Shown here in pieces: positions 1-10,100 of a DNA stretch of 64,000 nt. The notes beneath the pieces were generated by a model. That model saw only the letters and a program-made list of their open reading frames with translations, did not search any database and was not told the origin of the DNA. Numbering within the stretch: position 1 is the first letter of the stretch; each line of letters starts with the position of its first letter. Source of the stretch: Giardia intestinalis (Eukaryota); NCBI GenBank assembly GCA_000002435.2, contig CM018793.1; one strand, written 5' to 3'. The position numbers and the translations under genes are program-made.

Positions 1-7
1 AATTCAC

Positions 8-607
8 TCAGGTAAAGCGTATCTGGCAGGTTTCCATCGCCCTGGCCCTGCAGTAGGGGCATTTGGCGTCTACACGCATTAGCAGCTCCGCGCAGGAGCT
101 GCAGACGCACAGATGCCCGCAGGGGACGAAGGCGTGCGTGCTCTGCTTATCTAAGCAGACGCAGCACTCCCCGTCGGGCAGCTGCACCCTCTTGACGGCT
201 TTGGGGCGGCGGCGGCGTAGGGCGGCTTGCTGTCTCCTGATTATCGTTTGAGCCTTGGCTAAATCGAAACCAAGGCTTCTCGCTGCCCCTTCCGCCCTAT
301 CAAGCTGCTCGTAGAGCTCAGATAGGGCGGTCCCCGCCGTTGTGTATTTGGCCAGGCGCTGCTCTAAAGAGCACTTCTCTTTCCTGGCCTGCGCGCGCTC
401 TGCCCAAAGCTTTTCGCGGAGCCTCTTCACTTTGAGGCCCCGACGCTTCGCCTGGCTGCTCGCCATTGCGAGCAGCTCTTCGGCCGATCGGAGGAGGTCC
501 AGCTCGTCCACCGTAGTGGAATCGAGCTGGAAATCCTCGTCCGGCGTTTGTGGGAAGCCCACAAAGCCGGGGAAGCCGATCATGCAGTCAAAAGGCGGAG
601 TAGTCAT
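8..607 (-). CDS. Coiled-coil protein with C-terminal RING-HC finger (E3 ubiquitin-ligase-like).
   Basis: C-terminus 'CCVCLDKQSTHAFVPCGHLCVCSSCAELLMRVDAKCPYCRA' fits the C3HC4 RING pattern (LRSAM1/IAP-like tail). AT-rich sequence is immediately upstream of the ATG at 607. AGTGAAT overlaps the stop at the window edge. Confidence 0.6.
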   Translation of the reverse strand: MTTPPFDCMIGFPGFVGFPQTPDEDFQLDSTTVDELDLLRSAEELLAMASSQAKRRGLKVKRLREKLWAERAQARKEKCSLEQRLAKYTTAGTALSELYEQLDRAEGAARSLGFDLAKAQTIIRRQQAALRRRRPKAVKRVQLPDGECCVCLDKQSTHAFVPCGHLCVCSSCAELLMRVDAKCPYCRARAMETCQIRFT

Positions 608-702
608 CTGAACGGGACTTTTTCTCTATTTGCAATTTCAATTTAAAATGCTTCTCCGACGTTTATTATCCCTATACTCGTCAATATAGTGTAAATAAGA
701 AA

Positions 703-1191
703 ATGGGCAAGGTCATAAGAGCAGTAAACAGGACAAAGAAGGGCTATGTAGGCGCCCCGCGCAGCGCCCGCTCGACGGAGGTGGTAATTACGCTGCCTCC
801 GCGCGAGTACAGGCGCCTCAGACGCAGCCTCGGGATGACCCGCCCCCCGCCCGAGTTCGCCGAGAAGGGGCGCATTATAAGACACAATAAGCCCTCCCCG
901 GCGCGCAAACGGGCCAGGATAGCCGCCCTAGAGGCCCTGAGGGCGGCCAGGGAGGAGGAGCTCGCCCGCAAGCGCTTCCCGGAGGACAAGGAGTACATAC
1001 TGAGGATCCTCCGCAAGTGGCTGGGCGAGGCGGCGGCGCACGAGAACGCCCAGATCGTGGACTCCCGCGCCGTCTGCGGGCCGAGGGCCGTCCGCCGCAA
1101 GACCGCCGTCCGCCTCCTCCCTCTGGTGCGCCAGTGGCTGCTGGAGCCCCTCAAGGACCTCGTGGCGAGGCTTGAGGCGGCCGAGAAGTAA
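703..1191 (+). CDS. Hypothetical basic (Arg/Lys-rich) protein, 162 aa.
   Basis: Start is preceded by 'aaataagaaaATG'. Stop is embedded in AGTAAAT. GC3-rich coding sequence. Antisense ORFs 744..1547 and 928..1239 are judged artefacts. Confidence 0.45.
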   Translation: MGKVIRAVNRTKKGYVGAPRSARSTEVVITLPPREYRRLRRSLGMTRPPPEFAEKGRIIRHNKPSPARKRARIAALEALRAAREEELARKRFPEDKEYILRILRKWLGEAAAHENAQIVDSRAVCGPRAVRRKTAVRLLPLVRQWLLEPLKDLVARLEAAEK

Positions 1192-1201
1192 ATTGCACCG
1201 T

Positions 1202-1675
1202 TTACTCGTCGTAGCCCTCCTCGAAGAGGTCCCAGGCATGGTAGAAGCTCTCCAGGGCCGCGCACTTGTCGACGTGCTCGAGCTTGAGCGCCCGCCGCTT
1301 CTCCGGGTCGGGCTCGCGCCAGAAGGCCATCGAGCTGATCTTCTGGAAGGCCCGGAGCGCCCGGATCTGGAGGCGACCGTCCCGGGGCGAGAGGACGGCG
1401 GGGAGCAGCTTCTGGCCGAGGAGCCCCTTCCGCGCCATGTACAGCTCGATCATCTCCGCCCGCCAGCGGGTGAGGCAGCGGATCTGGCCCGCGCGGCGCG
1501 CGCTCCGCCTTCTGAACGCGCGGAGGGGGAGCCTCCCGCGCGGGCACTTATCGCAGCGCAGCCAGAACAGGTGGTCCGAGTAGAACGTGATCAGCTCCCA
1601 GAGCTTCCCCTGGGAGACGGAGGCCGGCTGGGCCAGGATCTCGGGCACGAAGCCGAAGGGAGGGAGGTAGGGCAT
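1202..1675 (-). CDS. Hypothetical protein, about 157 aa (trimmed from the 308-aa ORF to the Met of 'MPYLPPFGF').
   Basis: Stop lies inside a palindromic AGTAAAC element at 1196-1205. Upstream purine/AT-rich 'gggaaagaaaaagggcgATG'. The longer N-terminal extension would overlap the start of the divergent 809-aa gene. Confidence 0.4.
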   Translation of the reverse strand: MPYLPPFGFVPEILAQPASVSQGKLWELITFYSDHLFWLRCDKCPRGRLPLRAFRRRSARRAGQIRCLTRWRAEMIELYMARKGLLGQKLLPAVLSPRDGRLQIRALRAFQKISSMAFWREPDPEKRRALKLEHVDKCAALESFYHAWDLFEEGYDE

Positions 1676-1775
1676 CGCCCTTTTTCTTTCCCGTCCGCAG
1701 AAGCCGATTTGAAGTGGTTTGCAACACATATGTTGCTTGGCCGTTCTGCAACACATATGCTGCCGCGAATAAATA

Positions 1776-4205
1776 ATGACGCGGCGCATCCAGTGCGGAG
1801 GCTCCAGCCTCGAGATCGACCCGCTGACCGGCGAGCTCTCCTTCGAGGACTTCCTGAACACGGCAGAGCCGCCCGAGCAGGACCCGATGCCCGTCCCGAA
1901 GATCGACGTCGGAGGATCGCTGGAGATACTTAACAGCCCGATTGTCGAGGCTATCTTCGGCGACGTCCTTGATAAGCTAGATCTTTTCAAGAAAGATGTC
2001 GACGCGTTCATTGCGATGCTCAAGCAGAAGACGAAGAACGCGATCAATTGGGGGTTAGCGTTAGTCGGCGTGACGACTGTCTCGGGCCTCATGGTCGTCA
2101 TGGTGAGAGAGATCACCATGGCCATCAAGCGCTGGCAGCGAACGAGAGAGTATCAGGACAGTCAGCAGCCAGAAGCCCAGCCGAAGATGATCTCCAAGGA
2201 GAACATGGAGAAGAAGGACGAGATCAGCGAGATTAGCGGCGAAGATGTGGAACCGCCGAGTCTCGGGGAGTACGAGGAGCAGGTGTATGACGAGAACGGC
2301 AACGCCATGTTGAATCCTGACGGCTCGCCGTTGACAAAGACAGTCGTTATCCCCCTCGATCGGGACATCTCCGACCAGTACGACCCAATTCCCGAACCCG
2401 ATGACATCTCAGAAGAGGAAGAGGAGATAGAAGAGGACGAAGTGGAAGAGGAGCCGCCCATCAAGATAACTGATGAGCTGATCAGCGATATCTTCTGGGA
2501 GTTCGACAAGCAGCCCATCCTCAACGAAGAGAACTTCGAGTTCCTCTACGACAGCGGCGTTTACATCATTCACATCCCCCACGTATATATGAAGCGTACA
2601 TGCAAGTTGGGCGGCGACTATGCGGCCTATCCCTGCAAGATGATCGAAAGCATCATCGGACCTGCCTTATGGGACAGATACGGCCATACATTCAAACTGC
2701 GCTTTCCAAACTGCTCACATCAAGTATCTGGTCCCATGGGCACTGAAATCTGTTGTAAGTGTCATATGAATGATTCAGTTCATTGGAGGATACGCGTAAT
2801 ACCGGACGATCAGCCTATATGGTATAACAACGACTGCACGTGCGGCGCTAATTGCAGTTGTCGTTGCCATACCAAGACTCCAGAGAGCGTCTTCACCGTA
2901 ACATACAATTGCGTTTTTTGGTGTGTTCCCTGTGCCACAAGATGTATCTATACCCAGTACGAATCTGACTGTTGGACTCATTACAATTTTTCCACGGATC
3001 GGGGCTTTAGATCAGAAAGTGTCGCCGATAGTAACGGTTTTAGTTCTGCATATATAATACCCGCAGGTAAAAAAATCATACGTTATGAGAGCGAAAACAA
3101 GAACTACCCATATAACTCGCGCGAGTGCTGTGACTTCTGCAAGGTGATGAAGAATTACTTTTACGAAACCGAGGGCTACAAGCTGCACCGCACCAACACA
3201 GAGGTCTACATCTTCTTCTCCCGCGGCGAGAACTCGACAATCTTCGAGAAATGCAACGACCTCTTCAATGGCTATGTGTCCCAGAAGATCCACGACCTTC
3301 TTTCAGACTGGGACGCTGGCAACAATAAGATCATGAATCGACTCAGCATCGACTGTAAGTGCGATGTGAAGCGGCCGCGCTGCACGGACGTCTTCCGAGG
3401 CCTGGGAGAGGTCCATGCTGATACCGTTGGTTTCCTAAAAGGCCATGCCCAGAAGGTCAAATGGATATACCTCCCCGACTACGATTCAAATCTCGGCTTG
3501 CCTTGGTGGTATGACGACCCGCACGACTACCAATCGATCTCGAAGGTCTGCGCATTCGAGGGCTTCCTCGAGCGCAACATCCCCGAGCACGTCATCCGCT
3601 TCTACTCTTACCGCAGACTCACAGACAAGAAGTGGTTCGGGAACCTCTACAAGCAGATCTGCGATGCGATACTCTTGGATTACCCAGACATGCCTGCGGG
3701 CATTGGGGCTGCTGCGCAGAAGTGGAAGGACTTCAACGCATGGAAAGGCATTGATAAGATGCTCAGCGACGTCGTTCCGGTTAAACAGATATATCCCGAA
3801 CAGGTTTATCCTGAGACGCGGCTCTTCACTAGCAAGCCGGCCAACTGGAACCAGCTGAAGCAGCGCGGCGCGAGTTGGACCGGCGAAGTAGAGCCAGAGC
3901 TCGCGTCCTTCAAGCGCTACCTCGACCTCCTCAACAAGTACTACCCGGGCTGGTGGGAGTTCCGGGAGACGCAGGAGCTCGGCTGGTGGGACAATTTCTG
4001 GACCCAGATACCCGACCTCAGGGACCTTGAGCGGACCTCCATCTTCTACTACGAGGACCTCACCATTGACGAGACCCACTATGAGATATACGGCGAACCT
4101 CCTTGGTGGCGCAGTTTCTGGGGGCCGACGATACGAGACAAGGCGCCCGACCCGGAGAGGCCGCGCACATACGAGGAAACAGTTGAAGTGGCAAGTCGAT
4201 ATTAG
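1776..4205 (+). CDS. Hypothetical 809-aa protein with one predicted TM helix (aa about 90-115), an acidic tract and a Cys/Trp-rich C-terminal domain.
   Basis: Start 'aataaataATG'. Stop sits inside AGTGAAT. Hydrophobic 'WGLALVGVTTVSGLMVVMV', acidic 'ISEEEEEIEEDEVEEE', and Cys clusters 'CTCGANCSCRCH' and 'CVFWCVPCATRC'. Composition is mosaic: AT-richer 2560-3130. Confidence 0.6.
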   Translation: MTRRIQCGGSSLEIDPLTGELSFEDFLNTAEPPEQDPMPVPKIDVGGSLEILNSPIVEAIFGDVLDKLDLFKKDVDAFIAMLKQKTKNAINWGLALVGVTTVSGLMVVMVREITMAIKRWQRTREYQDSQQPEAQPKMISKENMEKKDEISEISGEDVEPPSLGEYEEQVYDENGNAMLNPDGSPLTKTVVIPLDRDISDQYDPIPEPDDISEEEEEIEEDEVEEEPPIKITDELISDIFWEFDKQPILNEENFEFLYDSGVYIIHIPHVYMKRTCKLGGDYAAYPCKMIESIIGPALWDRYGHTFKLRFPNCSHQVSGPMGTEICCKCHMNDSVHWRIRVIPDDQPIWYNNDCTCGANCSCRCHTKTPESVFTVTYNCVFWCVPCATRCIYTQYESDCWTHYNFSTDRGFRSESVADSNGFSSAYIIPAGKKIIRYESENKNYPYNSRECCDFCKVMKNYFYETEGYKLHRTNTEVYIFFSRGENSTIFEKCNDLFNGYVSQKIHDLLSDWDAGNNKIMNRLSIDCKCDVKRPRCTDVFRGLGEVHADTVGFLKGHAQKVKWIYLPDYDSNLGLPWWYDDPHDYQSISKVCAFEGFLERNIPEHVIRFYSYRRLTDKKWFGNLYKQICDAILLDYPDMPAGIGAAAQKWKDFNAWKGIDKMLSDVVPVKQIYPEQVYPETRLFTSKPANWNQLKQRGASWTGEVEPELASFKRYLDLLNKYYPGWWEFRETQELGWWDNFWTQIPDLRDLERTSIFYYEDLTIDETHYEIYGEPPWWRSFWGPTIRDKAPDPERPRTYEETVEVASRY

Positions 4206-4213
4206 TGAATTTA

Positions 4214-7090
4214 CTAATAACTGATGTTTATAGCCGGGTTCTTTGCCCAGTACCAGATCTTCACCCGGTTACCTGAGCCAAGGGATCTCGAATTCGACCA
4301 TGTTAATCGTAGGTTAATGTACGAATCGCTAGTATAGTCCGACCACGAGACTATGATTGTGTCATATGTACTAACGCGACAATCATACGCCTGGATCGAG
4401 ACAATGTCGTCATTGGATCTGCTCTGCATGTCGCTCGGAAAGTCCGCGAGATTCAGTCGCATGAACCCGTTGCCGTCGGTCGTCTGACTCGGCACAAAGC
4501 TCTTCAGCAGACACGGCGTCTTGAGGGCGTTGCATATCCGCTCTGAGTAGCTGCACAGCGTCTCACAGTCAGTAATCCGGCTCAGCTGATTAGAGAGCTG
4601 AGAGGTGTTCTGAGCGATAGAAGCCAGAGCACCCGTGATCTTACCAGCTTGCTGACTGACGTTGTTCGAGATGACCTGCACCTGGTTGTAGAGCTGGTTA
4701 TAACAACTAATGTGCGAGTTCAGAGACGATTGGACACCGCTAATGCGATTCGTGTTCCCTAAGACAGAGTCCCAAATGCCGCGCTCATTCGACTCAAGCG
4801 CATTGATGCGAGTCTCCAGAGCAGGCACATTTCCAACATTGCCATCAAGACGAGTAAGGCTCTCTCGAATCTCGCTGATGCTCTGGTCGACTGCTGTCAT
4901 GTGGCGGTCATGTGCATCTAAGGCGTCCTGCGTAGAGTCTCTCAAGCTCTCTAGTCGACCGTTTATCTCTCTCGCTGAATTGTTAACTGCATCGATAGTA
5001 GTCGCGAACTCTGTCGTTGTCCTCTCTAACGAACCTATCTTCACCTCAGATGCTTCCACTGTCCTGCTCATCCGAGACAGCGATGAAGAGAAGGCTGCAT
5101 TGTCTGTCTCAAAGACGCCTACCTTTTCAGCGAGCCTTCGGATGATCTCGTCCTGTGCAGCAAGGCGTTCTTCAAAAGCGCTTGCCTTTGCGCGCTCCTC
5201 TTCTAACTGTCTCTCAAGAGAGTCGATACGCGCTGCCGTTAATTGAGCGCCCACCTTTGCCTCGACCTTCTGCTGGTCGATGAGCTCTCTGAGATAGTTG
5301 TACGCGCCCTCGAGGTCTCTCTTGATCGTCATAGCATCGATCAGACCTCCCTCGAAGTCGGGAACTGAGATGTCGTTCCGCTCAAAGAACTGTGCGACAA
5401 TGGTCATCAGAATCTCCATGCGGTTCCGGAACTCCATGAGACTGTCCTGGTTACCCTCGAGCACGCTCACGCGGTCCTTCGTTTCATCTAACTGAACGCG
5501 GTCATCGTCAGTGTGACTCGTCAAGTCCCGAATACGCTCTTCAGCTCGCTTTACTTCCAAATGGGTCAAGGTCATATCATCGTTTATGTGTGAGAACTCA
5601 TCCCAAATGAACTGGAAGCGTTTATAAAGATCATCAGTCAGAAACTTGTATATCTTGCCGAACTTATAGTCATGCTGGTCGAGGCGGTACTTCGCTTCCA
5701 CTGCATATGTAAGGGCTACCGCAGCGACGACGCCAAGACACGCGTCTATCACATATCCGGTAATCAAGTTAATCAGATTCAGCTTCCGGAAAAGACCGCC
5801 CCCTGCGGCGATAATAGTATCAAACTCGCCGAGCTTATCCTTCATCAGATCTTCCTTCGTGAACGTCTTCTTCTTGATGAGATCGATCTGGCCCTCGGCG
5901 CGCTTGATGCGAGCCTCTAGAGTCTTCCGCTGCTTCTCGAGACGGTTGATCTTTGAATCGGCTTTCATTGCGTGCTTAGCAAGATAACGCGTTTGATGTG
6001 AGATGCGTCCCTTGCTAAGCTTCTTGAGACTCTTAATGGCTGTAACGTTACCGCCGATCTTGTAGTACTTTCCGAGGTGCTTGCGAAGACCATTGTCCTC
6101 GTCGCCGTCCTCATCGAAGCCCTGAAGCTGTCGATAGAGCCACATTGTCTGCTGGTTGAGCGAGGCGGCCATGAAGTCTGCACGAGACACGCGACCATCG
6201 GGAGAGAGCTTCTGATTGCTGCGACCAGCAAGCGACCCGCCGACCATCTGATAGATATACTGGATCTGCTCGATGACCGGTTGGCTCTTCAAATCGTCTT
6301 CGCTAATAGCGCCCGTCACGCCCTTGATGGAGATATCAGCATCTCTTGCAGCTCGCAGCCCAAACGTCTCAGGCTTCTTTATCTTACGTGGCTTCTTCGG
6401 CTCCTTTGGCTTCCTCTCCTTCTTGAGCTTCTTCTTCTTATCTGTAAGCGGCAGAAGGTCCTCCCGAAAAGCATAGTTGCCCCTTACCATCCACGTGACA
6501 GCAAGGATCTTCTGAACAATCGTCAGGTCGCGCAAATAGTCGAGCTTGTTCGGCGCATTCATATAGTCCTCCGGCTGGAAGTTGTTGTTGAAGCCGACCA
6601 TTGGGACCGACTTGACCTTCGGCTTCGAGAGAGTCTGCCCGGTTAGAGACATCGTATAGAGATCCGCAGGCACAGTCTTGAAGCCCAGTATCTCCTCCAT
6701 GAACTTCACTAGAAACGCTAGACACGGACCCTTCACCGGAGACTCTCCGTCGAAGGCATTGCCGTTCCAGTTCTTGATTTCATAGTTCTCATGATTACAA
6801 TAGTACTTGATGCACTTCTTTCGCTGAGCGGGGTCAAGAAGCTGCACGGCGCAGTGTATTGTCTTCCCGCCAAAGTACCCCGATATGCAGTGAGTCTTGC
6901 TGAGATTCAGGTTAGACCCAAACAGAGCTTTGCGTTCGTCAGGCACTAAGGCACACTGCATCACGTAGTCTTTGATGAGGTTATAATGATACGATGAGAG
7001 TGCGCTGACCTTATCTGCGAACGACTGCATCGACTCTGTCGTCATGAAGACGCCGTCGAGCTGCTCCCTGCGGATGATGAGGTTGTTCAT
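4214..7090 (-). CDS. Hypothetical 958-aa protein with a central TM-like segment, a long heptad / coiled-coil stalk and a beta-rich C-terminal domain of about 100 aa.
   Basis: Start is preceded (minus strand) by 'ggggaaaataaataATG'. Shares a palindromic AGTGAATTTACT 3' signal with the convergent 809-aa gene. Ser/Leu heptads span aa about 640-860. No family recognised. Confidence 0.6.
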   Translation of the reverse strand: MNNLIIRREQLDGVFMTTESMQSFADKVSALSSYHYNLIKDYVMQCALVPDERKALFGSNLNLSKTHCISGYFGGKTIHCAVQLLDPAQRKKCIKYYCNHENYEIKNWNGNAFDGESPVKGPCLAFLVKFMEEILGFKTVPADLYTMSLTGQTLSKPKVKSVPMVGFNNNFQPEDYMNAPNKLDYLRDLTIVQKILAVTWMVRGNYAFREDLLPLTDKKKKLKKERKPKEPKKPRKIKKPETFGLRAARDADISIKGVTGAISEDDLKSQPVIEQIQYIYQMVGGSLAGRSNQKLSPDGRVSRADFMAASLNQQTMWLYRQLQGFDEDGDEDNGLRKHLGKYYKIGGNVTAIKSLKKLSKGRISHQTRYLAKHAMKADSKINRLEKQRKTLEARIKRAEGQIDLIKKKTFTKEDLMKDKLGEFDTIIAAGGGLFRKLNLINLITGYVIDACLGVVAAVALTYAVEAKYRLDQHDYKFGKIYKFLTDDLYKRFQFIWDEFSHINDDMTLTHLEVKRAEERIRDLTSHTDDDRVQLDETKDRVSVLEGNQDSLMEFRNRMEILMTIVAQFFERNDISVPDFEGGLIDAMTIKRDLEGAYNYLRELIDQQKVEAKVGAQLTAARIDSLERQLEEERAKASAFEERLAAQDEIIRRLAEKVGVFETDNAAFSSSLSRMSRTVEASEVKIGSLERTTTEFATTIDAVNNSAREINGRLESLRDSTQDALDAHDRHMTAVDQSISEIRESLTRLDGNVGNVPALETRINALESNERGIWDSVLGNTNRISGVQSSLNSHISCYNQLYNQVQVISNNVSQQAGKITGALASIAQNTSQLSNQLSRITDCETLCSYSERICNALKTPCLLKSFVPSQTTDGNGFMRLNLADFPSDMQSRSNDDIVSIQAYDCRVSTYDTIIVSWSDYTSDSYINLRLTWSNSRSLGSGNRVKIWYWAKNPAINISY

Positions 7091-7104
7091 TATTTATTTT
7101 CCCC

Positions 7105-7159
7105 ACTCACACCAACCATTTGAAAGTGGAATCTGTTCTGAGAAAATAAAATGACGTAA
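7105..7159 (+). promoter_or_regulatory. Cassette-specific promoter module ahead of polB-A: 'ccaaccatttgaaagtggaatctgttctgagaaaataaaATGacgtaaATG'.
   Basis: The same module (aaaccatt..gaattc..ggaaaataaaATG) recurs at 11825-11867, 18318-18365, 20705-20746 and, in minus orientation, at 13680-13745 and 21099-21175. It contains a 2-codon uORF (ATG ACG TAA) abutting the polB ATG. Confidence 0.45.
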
Positions 7160-10100
7160 ATGGCAACCACTAGGGAACTCCTGACCATGCATCCCCAGCA
7201 GATGTCCGAGGACCAGCTCGCCCAGCTCAAGACGTCGCTCGAGACGCTCAACTACACCCAGCTCCGACAATACGTGCTCGGCCGCGTCAAGCCCCTCATC
7301 GAGAACGTCCGCAAGCACATCCAGGAGGACCCCGTCGGCTCGGTAGATCAAGTCCTCGACTTCCAGGACGGCTTCTGGTCCAAGGACCTGATCCAGCGCG
7401 TCCGCTGGAACCTCGCCCAGTTCAGGGTAAACGAGAAGAACCCCCGCAGAGTGCCGACCAGCAGAGCGAAGGAGGCGCTGGAGCTGAACTACATGACCGA
7501 CTACTCCTTCCGGCGCATCGTCTACCCGATCGTCGCAGACCTCGCCAAGGCTCTTTATCTCCGCGCAGAGGAAGCTAACCGCCGCAACACCGACGCTTCG
7601 GTGCGCTATGTCCCGCTTCTTGTCATGTTCAACCAGCAGAACACGTTCGGCTATCCGCCCCGCGTCGCCTTCCTCGTGACGCCTGCCGTCATCACGTTCC
7701 TCCGCGGATGGAAGGTCTTCGCCGACGGAGACGACGCCCACCAGCACTACCTCAACGCGGTCACGAGGGACGCGGCGCAGATCCACGGCGTCCAGTCCGC
7801 AGAGCCTGGCGAGATGCTCTACTGCTTCAACTGGGACCCCATTTTCGCCGGCACAGAGAGCGACCCCGAGAACCCCCGCAACGCCATGTTCTCCTTCGGG
7901 ACGATGTACGAGCCCGTCTTCATCTTCCAGATCCAGATCATCCGCACCAGAGAGGGCCAGCGGAAGCTCATCCACCGCAGGGGAGGTATGGCGCCCTTCA
8001 CGAACGACTCGTTCTTCGACCTCACGCGCTACCAGATCGAGAAGACAGGCGAGGGCTTCAAGAACAGCAAGGACACGTGTTTCCTCTACGCCCTCAAGCA
8101 GAGCGGCGTGCTGAGCGACGACGAGATACGGGCCGCCGCCTTCCACATCAACCAGGCCTCTGTCACCTTCGCGATGATCGACGCCATCGGCAAGCAGCTC
8201 TTCGTCTGCTTCCACATGCACATGGCAGACAGGGTCGTCCTCAAGGGCGCGCAGAAGAACCGCAAGGTTCCGCCGGGCGTCGCGATCCGGAACATCCACC
8301 TGGGCTTCGACTTCAACCACTACTACATCTTCGACGAGAAGCTCCCCTACAGCAAGACGTACGTGAACAACGCAGCCGTCATGATGGAGCACCACACATA
8401 CCCCGCGAACACGAACCTGCGCGAGGTCAACGTCAGAGACACCTTCCACCCGCAGACCAGGGAGCCGACGAAGAAGGTCGTCTTCGGCTACCACCGCGAC
8501 GACGACCCCCATACATGCTCGAGTCGGGACCTCATCCTCTCGCTCCACAAGCAGGGCCTCCTCAAGCCCATCCGCTCCGACAGCCTGCTGGCCATCAAGG
8601 AGTCCTTCATCCGCGAAGAGCACTACGAGGAGGACGCGCTCAACTACTGCGAGGACCAGCTGAAGGAGATCACGCCGAAGAAGAAGACCCAGTCGCCCAA
8701 GGACGTCTGGTTCGCAGACTTCGAGACGACGACCGACGGGGACCAGCACCACCCGTTCCTCCTCTGCTTCCACGGGATCAACAACGTCACGGGGACGTAC
8801 TGGGCGAAGGACTACAACAGCATCGGGGACATGGTCCGAGCGGCCTTCAACCGCCTCGCGATGCTCAACCGGCCCCAGCTGGTGTACTTCCACAACCTCA
8901 ACTACGACGGGGCCTTCGTCCTCCCGTACTTCGACGTCAAGAAGGACAGCATCGTCACCCTCGGGGCGAGCAAGATCATCGCGTTCACGATCCATGTCCG
9001 GCTGAGCGACGACCGGAAGAACAAGCCGATCCCGATCCACTTCCGGGACTCCTACGCCCTGATCACGGCTCCCCTCAGCAAGTTCGGCAAGATGTTCAAC
9101 CTCAACGTGCACAAGGAGGTCCTCCCGTACTCGTTCTACACCCAGGACAACGTCAAGAAGCTGTGCCAGGGCTTCAAGCCGACGCTCGAGGAGTACCTCT
9201 CGTACGAGATCGAGAGCAGGAGGGAGGAGCTCGAGCAGCTGCTCCGTACGCTGCCGGAGATGCTGGTAATAGACAGGGTCGACGCCTTCAAGTACGCCCA
9301 CTACTACTGCGCAAGAGACTGCCACGTGCTCAAGGACGGGGTGATGGGCTTCAGACGCCAGCTCCTCGAGGTCACGGGCATCGACGCCTTCACATCCATG
9401 ACGCTCCCGAGCATTGCCTACAACTTCCTCATCAACGAGAAGTGCTTCGAGGGCTGCTTCAACCTCAACACGGCGCCGCTCCTCTTCGTACGCCAGTGCG
9501 TGACGGGCGGGCGCTGCATGCTCCGGTGCAACGAGAAGCAGTACGTCGAGGGCGAGGTCATGGACTTCGACGCCGTCTCGCTGTATCCGTCTGCCATGGC
9601 GCGCCTCCACACCCTCATGGGCCACCCGAAGATCGTCGACCCCGAGAAGCACGACCTCGGCTGGCTCCTCCGGCAGGACGGCTGCTTCCTCGAGATCGAC
9701 ATCGAGGTCGTCCCGAAGCAGCTCGACTTCCCCCTCATCAACAGGCAGACGGAGAAGGGGAGGCACTTCTCGAACGAGCCGGGCCCGATGTTCGCCGACA
9801 ACATCACGATCGAGGACATCATCGAGTACCACAAGGTCCCGATGAACCGGATCAGGGTCCTCCGGGGCTACTACTACGACGAGGGCAAGAACACGAACAT
9901 CCAGGCCGTCATCCGGAAGATCTTCGAAGCGCGGCTCAAGTTCAAGGCGGAGGGCAACCCGCTCGAGAGCATCTACAAGCTCATCATGAACAGCTGCTAC
10001 GGGAAGAGCATCCTCAAGCCCGTCTACAAGCGGATGAACACGGTCGACCACGCGGGCCTTGAGAGAGAGCTCCTCGACAACTCGGCCGATGTCCTCTGCT

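Noticed and set aside
744-1547. 267-aa and 103-aa minus ORFs antisense to the 703..1191 gene. 1266..1583 (+) antisense to the 1202..1675 gene.
   Set aside because: Pro/Arg/Ala-rich GC artefacts lacking signals.
1676-2128. N-terminal 150-aa extension of the 308-aa ORF 1202..2128.
   Set aside because: Would overlap the start of the divergent 809-aa gene. An internal Met at 1673-1675 has an appropriate upstream element.
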